A DNA stretch of 63,258 bases, the filler included, from Saprolegnia diclina VS20 (Eukaryota), in the NCBI RefSeq assembly GCF_000281045.1. It is 3 parts of 2 records of this genome, joined end to end, with 100 filler letters (N's around TTAATTAATTAA, not from the genome) between each part and the next. Parts side by side here need not be neighbours in the genome. Positions count along the whole stretch, not along the records: positions 1 to 28,342 come from NW_008246070.1; 2 more parts are not named here. One strand, 5' to 3'. Of this stretch, positions 10,621 to 19,731 are shown piece after piece. The stretch's first letter is position 1, and each line of letters starts with the position of its first letter. A program made the position numbers and the translations under genes. Below the pieces are notes generated by a model. That model saw only the letters and a program-made list of their open reading frames with translations, searched no databases and was not told the origin of the DNA.

Positions 10621-13600
10621 ATGCCGGGTGTGCCGGTGGTACCAGGGCCATACACGGTGCATGTGCCGCTTCCCCAAGGCGCGCGCTGGTATCGGCGCCA
10701 CGTCGGGTACCTCTATCTGGCTTGGACGCTGAGTACGAGTGCATGGTATCTCGCCATCTTGGACCCGAGCGCCACGAACGACCACTGGTGGCCCAGCTTT
10801 GCTACGCGCACGACACAAACGTTCTTGGGGGACGTCTTCAACGCCCAGCTACGGCTCGGCCAAACGGGCGCGTTTTCTCTCTGCTCAGACCGCTTCAGCA
10901 TGGCCAAGTCGTACGCGGCTCCTGCGACGTTTATGGACGTCGATCCCGCGTCACCGCGCCGTATTTTGCAGTCGACGACGTCGTCGATGGAGACTGCGAT
11001 TGCCGTGATGCGCACCAACACACTCGACATCAACATCCGCATGTTTGCACAGTACTGCTGGGCCGACTTGGATCGGCGCTACGAGCTCTCGACGTCGGCC
11101 GGGCGCGCGTCGCGGTGCCAGCAGCAATATCGCGACAACGCGGGCGTGTATCTCGAAGCCATGCTGCGCAATGTCGATGCAGCGCTGTTGACCACGGACG
11201 ACTTTGCGATGCCGCTGCAAGTGGCTGTCTTTCGAGGCATCGCCGCCGCCTCATCGGCGGGCAAGGCGTGGGTTGCTGCTGTGATGACGCACACGTGGCT
11301 CTCGGTGGCGGACGAAGTCGCGCACTGGCGAGGATGCAATCTGAGCTACTGGCGGACGCAAGTCACCAACTACTACCAGCAAGGGCTCCAGAGCAGTATT
11401 GTCATTGTCAACGCGCTCGGTCACGAGCAGCGCGTCACGATTGCGCAAATTTCGTTTGTGCAGCGCCCGCTGTCGCAGTGGACGTTTGCAAGCGGCTACA
11501 ACGGGTTCTGGAACGACCTATGGCAATGCGAATACAAAAACTGCAGCCTCGTACGAGGCATTCCGCCGATTCTCGACGACTGGGAGAGCATCAACTACGG
11601 CACGAGCGACAACGCCTCGGTGCTGATCTCGCTCGTGCACAACCACATTGGCTCGTTTGGAAATCTGGATCTGACATTGGTGCAGATACCTGCAGCGCTC
11701 GCGACCCTCTTCTTTGCCGTACAAGCCATGCAGAGCCAACTGCGGCTGCCAGAAGTGGCCAAAATATCCGTGGGCGCCGTGCCGCCATCGTGGAGACTTT
11801 GGAATGCAACGTACTTTGGCGGCAACCCAATGTGCATTGGCACGTCGGGCCAGACGTTTGTGCAGCCGCCAATCGGCTTTTACGACGCGTGCGCGACCGA
11901 GAGTGAGGACGTGTATGCGCTCGACACTGCGGCAACATTTTTCGCTATCGTGGCCATGTCGCTGGACAAATCTCAGGTTGCAGACGTCTGTAGTCTCTGC
12001 AGCGACGGCACCGGGGCTTGCACGACTCTGCTAACAACAACCCTAACCGCGGTCCCGGACGGCACTGCCCTAGCACAGATGGCGTCGTCGGCCGTCGCCA
12101 ATCTGAGTTTGTCGATGCTGCAGTTTGCGTCGGTCAACGATACCCCCGTGTTTTTGGAGGAAGCCCTCTTTCCGGCCGCGTTCACACCCTGGACGTTCTT
12201 TAGCTGGACCATTCTCTACGACTGGCTCCAGGGTCGCCGAGAAGTCTACCAATTGGAGGGCAACGTCAGGTCGTTCACGCTACCCACACGCCGGCACGAC
12301 TACCTGGCGCTTCCTGCCAACCCGCTTGAGATGCCGCAGAAGGTGTGTTTGTACATTTGGTACATGGTGTTTTACATCACACTGCTCCTTGGCGCTGTTA
12401 TCGTATGTATTTTGGTGTGCCGAGACCGTCGGTCGCGCGCCTCGAGCTACGACCTCTTCTTCTACAACCGCGTCGTGGGCTCCATCTGGATCGGACGGCC
12501 ACTCCTGCTCCTACGCGGGTGCTCGGCTCTTGCGCTTTTGAGTACGTCGCCCGTCGTCCTCAGCGAATCGGGTGGGATGACCAAATTCATTTTTGAGCCG
12601 AGGTCCCTGCCGAACATTATGATCATTGCAAGCGAGGCGACTTGGGTTTCGTACGTCCTCGTCGACTTCCTCCTGCCTCTCACGGGACGTTTTGCCAAAT
12701 TATATGCGCCGTACAGCAGCTCGTTCGCATGGTCGATTCTTGTGCTCTGGGAAGTCGCATCGCCGTACGAAGCGATCGCAATTGTTGGTCACGACTGCGA
12801 TATTGTTGAGCTGGGCCATCAAGCGCGCTGCACCGGTGGCACCGTGGCCATCGGCAGCTGGACGCATTTTCTCGGGGGCTCCCTCGTGACGGTAATCTGT
12901 GTGCTGCTGCCGATCGCCATTGGCTGGGTGGCCAAGGGACGCGTGCGATTGGCCACGAATCATGCGCTCGTGCCCGCGGCTGCCGACGTCTTTCTCTCGC
13001 ACGCGCGCAGCTTCTCGTCGCGCCTTGACTCGACGACAGCGATCATGACGGGCATCATTCCGTTGCGGCGCAAGCTCTTTGACATCAAAATATGGCTCGT
13101 GCTCGATCGACCGCAGCTGGCCAACATGCTGCCGCAAACAATCACCAACCCTATGACGACGACAACGTCGTCCCGTCTCGTGAACCCCACTCGGCCGAAC
13201 TACGCTCTAATTCTACGGGCAATCGCAGGCGTGATGTACGTCCTGTTCTCGGTCGGAGGTAGCTACACGTTCATTTACGTGTCCGAGACAGCGATGGCCA
13301 ACGACTTTATCTGGGCGTCCTTTGGCTCGAGCAGTCACCAGACGTTTTTGGCCAACTGGTTTTCGAGGCAGCTTCAGATCACGTCGGCCGCAGCATCCGT
13401 CGACGTTACCAAACGCGCGTTTGCCGACGACTCGAACGCCTACAACGAATCATCGACGACAGTGCAAGCCACTGTGCTCTACGCAAGCATGATTCAAGAC
13501 GAAGCCAACTCGCTTGCCAACGTCATTGCGGGTCTGCGCACCATGGACGGCTGCTTGACGCCCTGGATCNNNNNNNNNNNNNNNNNNNNNNNNNNNNNNN

Positions 13601-15795
13601 NNNNNNNNNNNNNNNNNNNNNNNNNNNNNNNNNNNNNNNNNNNNNNNNNNNNNNNNNNNNNNNNNNNNNNNNNNNNNNNNNNNNNNNNNNNNNNNNNNNN
13701 NNNNNNNNNNNNNNNNNNNNNNNNNNNNNNNNNNNNNNNNNNNNNNNNNNNNNNNNNNNNNNNNAGCGACGGCCGTCGGTGGCTCGAATCACTCGACTCA
13801 GAGCGTGGAAGCATCGCTGACGAGGTACTGTACTGGGAGCGCCATAGCATCTCGCACTACGTTGGCCAGTGGCAGACGTACAAGACTCTTGGCGCGATCC
13901 AGACGTACTCGATCCAGAATGCTGTCGGAGTCCAGTACCCCTTGATGCTTCGATACAGCAACAGCTCGTTGCACCCTGCGACGCAGACGTCGTTCAAGAT
14001 GCAGCTACCCCTCGCGAGCTACTTCTGGCACGTGACGAGCAACGCGTCGCTTATCGTCGGCCGCAGTCTTTTGCGGCAGAGTCCGCATTTTGCGTTTGCC
14101 AACATCAGCATAGTCTCGCTTTTGATCACGAACGAGACGCTGACCGCACCGCTGGACCCCAATCTCGCTCTTGTTCAGAACCAGATTGGGCCGTTTGGAG
14201 CCAACCTCTTGCTACGCGTGACGTGTCCGCCCGTGCTGCGGCAATGGTACGAGCACACCCACGCCCATCTGATGGCGCTGGCATCGGCAAACGAAACGAC
14301 GGCCCTCGCCTTCCGGGCCATTGGCACCCCCATCGCGCTGTCTGTGATTCCGATCGCGTGGATGTCGGAGGGTTTGTTTACCGGCGGCAGCGTCCTCTGT
14401 CCGTCAGAGAAGCCCAGATCCGTCACCGTAAGCTCCTTTGGCCCCAGTGGTCCTTGTGCGCTTGGTGCGATGGAAGAGCTCGACATCTCCAACATCAAAG
14501 CTCTCATGGCACTCATCGCTGTGGAGACGCCTACGATCAACGCCTCTGCCATCTGCGTACGGCAGCAAGGGTCGCCCGCCGCGTGCACGGACATGCTCTC
14601 GAACGCTGCTGGCTTTCTCCGCATGTTCGTTGCGGCGCCCGATTCGGCGCTCGTGGATCTTTCGTCCGCCGCGCAGCGCCATGTGACGGAGACCGTGTCG
14701 CTCAAGCTCGTGCAGTTTACCGACAGCGGGCGCTTCTTGCAAACGCCCGTCTTCGCGGACGAAGGGTTCCGCGTGTTTGCGTGGAGCCAGCTCATCGACT
14801 GGGTCCTCGGCCTGCGCGAAGTCGTGACGTTTCTCGGCGAAGAAGGCTCGGTCACGACCATCTCGACGCTCGTGCACGCAGTCGTCTCGCCCGTGAACCC
14901 GCTCGAGGTGCCTGTGAACGTCGCTCTCTACTGCCGCTACGTGCTCTTGTACATCACGTCAGTTCTCATCATCGTCGCGGTCCTTGCGCTCGCGTACCTC
15001 GCTTCCAACAAAGGGTTTCTGGAAGGCGCCAACCTCTTTGCGCTGAACCGCGTCTTGGGGCTTGTATGGATTGGGCGACCGCTGCTTTTGCTGCGGGGCG
15101 CCACGGCGCTCTGTCTCCTTGCTACCGCGAGCGTTCATTTGACGCAAATCAGCGGCCTCTACTACTTGGTGGCCGTGCCCCAAGCGTGGTACTCGACCGT
15201 CATGGCGGCGGGCGAGACCGGTTGGCTCGTCTTCATCCTCAACGACGCCTTCTCGGTCGTCACGCGCCAGTACACGGCCGTCTACGCAACGCAGAGCAAC
15301 TTGCTCGTGTGGGCAGCCACCGCCATTTGGACACTGCTGTCGCCCGTGGCCTACACCGTCTCGATTCAAAATCGCTGCGCAGTAGTCGCGCTGGATGCGC
15401 AGCTTGTCTGCCACGCTGGTGTCTTTGCGATCGGCAGCACGCGCCGCCTGCTGTCCCTCTTGGGGCTTATCTGCGCGCTGTTGCTCATTTGGTTTGTGGT
15501 GCAGCGCCTGCGCTTTCCGCACTTGGCGCCACTCGCGAAGCGATCGTACCTCTTGTACGCGACCGCCCGCTACCACTTTGCGACGGACGAGTGGACGCAC
15601 AAGCAGATTTACTACATCGACCAGACCTCGGCCGTGCTCACGGGGCTCGTGAGTCTCCGATGCGGCCGCGTCATCTACGTCCTCGACATCAAGTCGTGGC
15701 GCGTCTTTGCGATCGATGCAACGTCTGAGCTCGCCGAGGTCGCGGCGAATCCCTCGCTCGCGCACCTCCGCGACGCGATTCCACTCAAACACTAG
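10621..15795 (+). CDS. Large two-module multipass membrane protein (paralog 2); N gap at 13570-13764
   Basis: 1724-aa ORF with the same motif series (TNDHWW, QYCWAD, NAGVYLEAMLRN, DWLQGRREV, NRVVGSIWIGRP; second module ANDFIW...DWVLGLREVVTF, NRVLGLVWIGRP). Confidence 0.9.
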   Translation: MPGVPVVPGPYTVHVPLPQGARWYRRHVGYLYLAWTLSTSAWYLAILDPSATNDHWWPSFATRTTQTFLGDVFNAQLRLGQTGAFSLCSDRFSMAKSYAAPATFMDVDPASPRRILQSTTSSMETAIAVMRTNTLDINIRMFAQYCWADLDRRYELSTSAGRASRCQQQYRDNAGVYLEAMLRNVDAALLTTDDFAMPLQVAVFRGIAAASSAGKAWVAAVMTHTWLSVADEVAHWRGCNLSYWRTQVTNYYQQGLQSSIVIVNALGHEQRVTIAQISFVQRPLSQWTFASGYNGFWNDLWQCEYKNCSLVRGIPPILDDWESINYGTSDNASVLISLVHNHIGSFGNLDLTLVQIPAALATLFFAVQAMQSQLRLPEVAKISVGAVPPSWRLWNATYFGGNPMCIGTSGQTFVQPPIGFYDACATESEDVYALDTAATFFAIVAMSLDKSQVADVCSLCSDGTGACTTLLTTTLTAVPDGTALAQMASSAVANLSLSMLQFASVNDTPVFLEEALFPAAFTPWTFFSWTILYDWLQGRREVYQLEGNVRSFTLPTRRHDYLALPANPLEMPQKVCLYIWYMVFYITLLLGAVIVCILVCRDRRSRASSYDLFFYNRVVGSIWIGRPLLLLRGCSALALLSTSPVVLSESGGMTKFIFEPRSLPNIMIIASEATWVSYVLVDFLLPLTGRFAKLYAPYSSSFAWSILVLWEVASPYEAIAIVGHDCDIVELGHQARCTGGTVAIGSWTHFLGGSLVTVICVLLPIAIGWVAKGRVRLATNHALVPAAADVFLSHARSFSSRLDSTTAIMTGIIPLRRKLFDIKIWLVLDRPQLANMLPQTITNPMTTTTSSRLVNPTRPNYALILRAIAGVMYVLFSVGGSYTFIYVSETAMANDFIWASFGSSSHQTFLANWFSRQLQITSAAASVDVTKRAFADDSNAYNESSTTVQATVLYASMIQDEANSLANVIAGLRTMDGCLTPWIXXXXXXXXXXXXXXXXXXXXXXXXXXXXXXXXXXXXXXXXXXXXXXXXXXXXXXXXXXXXXXXXXSDGRRWLESLDSERGSIADEVLYWERHSISHYVGQWQTYKTLGAIQTYSIQNAVGVQYPLMLRYSNSSLHPATQTSFKMQLPLASYFWHVTSNASLIVGRSLLRQSPHFAFANISIVSLLITNETLTAPLDPNLALVQNQIGPFGANLLLRVTCPPVLRQWYEHTHAHLMALASANETTALAFRAIGTPIALSVIPIAWMSEGLFTGGSVLCPSEKPRSVTVSSFGPSGPCALGAMEELDISNIKALMALIAVETPTINASAICVRQQGSPAACTDMLSNAAGFLRMFVAAPDSALVDLSSAAQRHVTETVSLKLVQFTDSGRFLQTPVFADEGFRVFAWSQLIDWVLGLREVVTFLGEEGSVTTISTLVHAVVSPVNPLEVPVNVALYCRYVLLYITSVLIIVAVLALAYLASNKGFLEGANLFALNRVLGLVWIGRPLLLLRGATALCLLATASVHLTQISGLYYLVAVPQAWYSTVMAAGETGWLVFILNDAFSVVTRQYTAVYATQSNLLVWAATAIWTLLSPVAYTVSIQNRCAVVALDAQLVCHAGVFAIGSTRRLLSLLGLICALLLIWFVVQRLRFPHLAPLAKRSYLLYATARYHFATDEWTHKQIYYIDQTSAVLTGLVSLRCGRVIYVLDIKSWRVFAIDATSELAEVAANPSLAHLRDAIPLKH

Positions 15796-15818
15796 TGCGA
15801 AATAGATATATCAATGTA

Positions 15819-17753
15819 TCAACGGCGAGTGATCGCCTTCTTGAGGTCATGGAACTTGATGGACACTTGCTTTTGGAAGCGGGACCAGCGCTTCTTGAGC
15901 GCCGTTTCTTCTTGGAGGTAGCGCGCAATGTCCTGCTGGCCTTTCGTGAGCGCGTACCAAAGAACCCCTTTGACGTCGTGGTTGTAGCCGTTCTGGTGCA
16001 GGAAGCGGACAACGTCGAGGTGGCCGCCCGGCACCGCATCGTACACGAGCCCATACATCTTTTCCGTGTGGATCTCGTGCAAAAACTGGACGATGCCGAG
16101 GTGCCCGAGCTCAACGGCGTACCGCAGCGCAAACTTGTCAAAGCCCTCAAAGCGCCGCGCGTGGAGATACCGGAGCACGGGCAGGTGGCCGTTGATCGTC
16201 GTCTGCGACACGATGTGCTTGCCGCCGCCGTCAACGCCGCCGAGATGGTGCTCGTACAAGTACTCGACGACCTCAAGGTGCCCTCGCTCGCATGCTATCT
16301 GGAAGCAGCCGTCGGGAACGTCGACGCCGGCAGCATGTAGCTGCTTGAGCGCCTCAACGTGGCCGCTGCGCACGGCGCCCTTGAGCGTAATGCGGAGCAA
16401 GTGCGGTGCATGAACGTACGTCTCGATCAAAAAGGCGACAATCCTCGGATGGCCGTGGAGCCCTGCGAGCTCGAGGTCGTGGTAGCTGAGCTCGATTGGG
16501 AGCTCGCGCAAGGCCGAAACGTTGTCGCACACAAGCGCGTAGCAGACGAGGTGGCGGAAGAGCTTGGACGGCAAGTACATGTCAATGTGCTCCACGCCGC
16601 GCGCCGCCGCCCACGCGGGAAACATGGCGTGGACCGGCGCGAGTGCAAGCGGCAGCGTTTCGAGTACGTCGTCGGCCGTGAGGTCGATCGCGCGCAAAAG
16701 CTGACGCAGCGCCAGCGTGTCCTTGTCGCAGCCGCGCTGGAAGCTTACAACGAGGCGGAAGAGGTCCCTTGTGCCGAGGACCCGCGCCACGAGGAGGTTG
16801 AGCGCCATCTTGTGCTCGTCCGTGGAGGAGACGGCCGGTGCTTTGCTGCGCTTGGCGTACCAGAGGTACGGTCGCCGCTCAAAGAGAAACTCGACGATCT
16901 CCATGTGCCCACAGTCGGCTGCGATCGAGACGGCGGCGTCCAGGTCCGGATACTGGATGTCGTGCAGGAACTGGATCATGCCGAGGTGGCCATGCGCTGC
17001 AGCGTCCGCGACCAGCGACGCTGGAAAGTACCTGTAGCCGGCGTCGTGAAGAAACCGGACGACGGGGTCGTGACCACTCGCGCACGCTTCGGCGTAGGCT
17101 GCTTCGGACGCCTTGCCGCCCGCTTGATGGAGCGCAGTGACGGCGTCGAGGTGGCCGTTGGCGACGGCCTGGTGCATGATCATGGAGGCGTGCACGACGC
17201 TGATCCGCGGCAGCAGGAACCGGATGATCGAGAGATGCCCGTGCTCGCCCGCGAGAAGAAGGTCTTGCTCCGTGATCTGGAGCACGTGGCACGTCTCAAA
17301 GCAAGAGAGAATGTCGACGTTACCAAGGATGAGGCCGTAGTGCACCAGGCGGCGGCGGCGGTACCCCGGAAGGAGCTTGTCGATGCGGTCGCCGCCGTGG
17401 CGCTCAAACCAGACTGGCAGCGCGTCGAGAAAGGCCGTCAGCGTCCGCGCGTGGAGTGTCGCGCCCGAGCTCGTGAGCTCCTTGAAGAGACGGCCGAGAT
17501 ACAGCGTCGCACCGGGCACGCCGACCTGGTAGGCGGCAAGAAGGGCAAAGAGGTCGCGTGACGTGAGCACGGCGCTCGTCGCCGCTCGTGGCGCCAAGAG
17601 GTGGTCGAACGAAGCGACGTCGACGGCGGCCATGGCTGCGAAGGCTCCGATATACGCAGGTGGCTGCGATGGGTGCACCCAATCACGGGCCATGAAGAGT
17701 GTTAGGTAACGCTGCGTGGCAGCGCGCGTGGCCGCAGACTCTGTGGTCGCCAT
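15819..17753 (-). CDS. Ankyrin-repeat protein, 644 aa, two tandem modules
   Basis: Repeated AAxxGHLxxVxFL motifs. The motif VLxxRDLFxLxxxxQxG occurs twice. Basic C-terminal helix. Confidence 0.9.
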   Translation of the reverse strand: MATTESAATRAATQRYLTLFMARDWVHPSQPPAYIGAFAAMAAVDVASFDHLLAPRAATSAVLTSRDLFALLAAYQVGVPGATLYLGRLFKELTSSGATLHARTLTAFLDALPVWFERHGGDRIDKLLPGYRRRRLVHYGLILGNVDILSCFETCHVLQITEQDLLLAGEHGHLSIIRFLLPRISVVHASMIMHQAVANGHLDAVTALHQAGGKASEAAYAEACASGHDPVVRFLHDAGYRYFPASLVADAAAHGHLGMIQFLHDIQYPDLDAAVSIAADCGHMEIVEFLFERRPYLWYAKRSKAPAVSSTDEHKMALNLLVARVLGTRDLFRLVVSFQRGCDKDTLALRQLLRAIDLTADDVLETLPLALAPVHAMFPAWAAARGVEHIDMYLPSKLFRHLVCYALVCDNVSALRELPIELSYHDLELAGLHGHPRIVAFLIETYVHAPHLLRITLKGAVRSGHVEALKQLHAAGVDVPDGCFQIACERGHLEVVEYLYEHHLGGVDGGGKHIVSQTTINGHLPVLRYLHARRFEGFDKFALRYAVELGHLGIVQFLHEIHTEKMYGLVYDAVPGGHLDVVRFLHQNGYNHDVKGVLWYALTKGQQDIARYLQEETALKKRWSRFQKQVSIKFHDLKKAITRR

Positions 17754-18618
17754 GTCGCAGGGTTGCGCGACGCGTCTCCGCCGAGGCAGCGGTCAAGGGC
17801 GAGGCCAAGGCGAGGGCTGCGGGCGACGCATGCCACTCGCGTACGCTGGCCCAAGGAGCGTTGCATCCGGAGGCTGGAGGCCGCTGAACTTTTTGACCAA
17901 TCCCATTCGTTTCAGCGTCTCTTCCGCGGATTATCTACCAATGAGCGACGTCCTTGACGTCTCAAGGATCGCGTCGCTCGCTCGCCTTGACCGGCTCAAG
18001 AGCTTTTGCACCTTGTGGGTCCACACGGTGGCTGCCAGCTGGCCTTCGTCTGCCATCCGGATCAGGAGCCAAAGCTATGGGGAAGAATTACGCCTGGCAA
18101 AGGCTGCCAGAGGCGTGGACAGGATTCTTGGATCAGATTTCAGGGAGCCGGAACGTCACCGCACTGGACTGCCCTGCAACCTCCTGCACGAAGCACGCTT
18201 GGCCATTGCCCACCATGTTTCAAGTACTTGTGAGATAAAACGGTCTCTGGACTATTCTTGCAGCGTGCTAGGACATACGCATGGCCTCCGGTAGCCTTTT
18301 TCGAATCAAAATAAAAGCCATTTCCTTCTTCTTTGCTCTTTGCTGCTCCATCGTAACGACCTTCAAGTGGCACGCGGTGACGAACGGTGTCACGTAAGAT
18401 ACCGCGGGGCGGGCGACGCTTGATGACACTGACGGAAGCGACCAAGGCTCGTTCAATTGTTTATGCACCTCGATTCCTCTGGCTGGCGCGGTAGCAACGC
18501 CCATCTGTGTCGACGCGCCCCGCCATGTGGCAGAACGTGGGGACAAAAACACAGATCCCGTGACTCACACCCATCATCCGAGTTGGTCACTCCATCATCA
18601 TCATCAACATCGACGACC

Positions 18619-19710
18619 ATGCCCCGCTTTGGGTCGACGCTGCCGGCGCAGGTCGAGATCCTCGAGATCGACATTGCTGCGCTCGACAACCTCCTCCGCA
18701 CCGATACGACGACGCACGTGCTGCGGTCGCGCGACCTCGTCCGCGCCATTACCGCGTACCAAACCGGTTGCGACGAGATCAGCGTGACGCTCTTGGCGAT
18801 TCTCCGCCGCCTCTACCTCCCGCGCTACGATCTACACGACTCGGTGCCCGAGGCCTTTGTGCCGCTGCGCCACGTCCTGCCGTGGTGGCTCGCCAAGCAC
18901 GCTGCGGACCTTCTCCAGCGTCTGCCCATCGACGTCCGCGCACCACTGCTCTGCTACGCAATGGTGCACGGCCACATGTGTCTGCTCGAGACACTTGTCG
19001 CGACGGATCAACTCCAGATGGACGAGCTGCACTGGGACCTCCTCGGGCGCCACGGCCACCTCAAGGTGCTCCAGTTCCTCCTCGCCGCTGGCGTCTCGGG
19101 GCCGCTGCACTTGGTGCTCGAGAACGCGGCCGTCGCGGGGCATCTCAGCATGGTCGCGTACCTCCATGATATCGGCGTGCCCGTGACGTCCGAGACGCTC
19201 ATACTCGCATGCGTCTTTGGCCGCATTGAGGTGGCGCAGTACGCCCACGACGTAGCCAACGACGGCATCTGGGACCCCGAGACCGTCGACTGCGCGGCGC
19301 GGCGCGGCCATTTGAACATTGTGCGTTTCCTGCACCAGTTTGACTACGACGGCTTCTCGAGCAGTACGATGGACGTGGCAGCCGAGCACGGGCACCTAGA
19401 GGTCGTTCGGTTCCTCCACGAGCACCGCTTCGACGGCTGCTCGGCCGCTGCGATGCTTGGCGCCGTGCGCTATGGCCACCTCGAGGTCGTCATGTTCCTC
19501 GACTTGCACCGACCCGACGCGGCGACGGACAATGCGGTCGTCGTCGCGATGCAGCACGGCCAGGAGCACGTGATTGCGTACTTCCAGGAGGAGCGCAAGC
19601 TCAAGAAGCGCTTTTCGCGGATACAAAAGAAGGTCGCCGTCCTTGTCCGCAGCAACGACAGCATGCGCCACCTGTACCACGGCCCAAAGACCAAACTCTG
19701 CTCGGCTTGA
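18619..19710 (+). CDS. Ankyrin-repeat protein, single module, paralog of the divergent neighbour
   Basis: Likely ATG at 18619 (MPRFGST). VLRSRDLVRAITAYQTG, AARRGHLNIVRFLH, MDVAAEHGHLEVVRFLHEHRFDGCS; C-terminal YFQEERKLKKRFSRIQKKV. Confidence 0.88.
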   Translation: MPRFGSTLPAQVEILEIDIAALDNLLRTDTTTHVLRSRDLVRAITAYQTGCDEISVTLLAILRRLYLPRYDLHDSVPEAFVPLRHVLPWWLAKHAADLLQRLPIDVRAPLLCYAMVHGHMCLLETLVATDQLQMDELHWDLLGRHGHLKVLQFLLAAGVSGPLHLVLENAAVAGHLSMVAYLHDIGVPVTSETLILACVFGRIEVAQYAHDVANDGIWDPETVDCAARRGHLNIVRFLHQFDYDGFSSSTMDVAAEHGHLEVVRFLHEHRFDGCSAAAMLGAVRYGHLEVVMFLDLHRPDAATDNAVVVAMQHGQEHVIAYFQEERKLKKRFSRIQKKVAVLVRSNDSMRHLYHGPKTKLCSA

Positions 19711-19731
19711 ATGTATATCACGTATTTTGTA

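Noticed and set aside
13869..17561. Long alternative-frame or antisense ORFs (e.g. 13869-15728, 16359-17561; also 29917-31173, 51373-52833)
   Set aside because: Shadows of GC3-rich real genes, with Arg/Ala-rich low-information translations.
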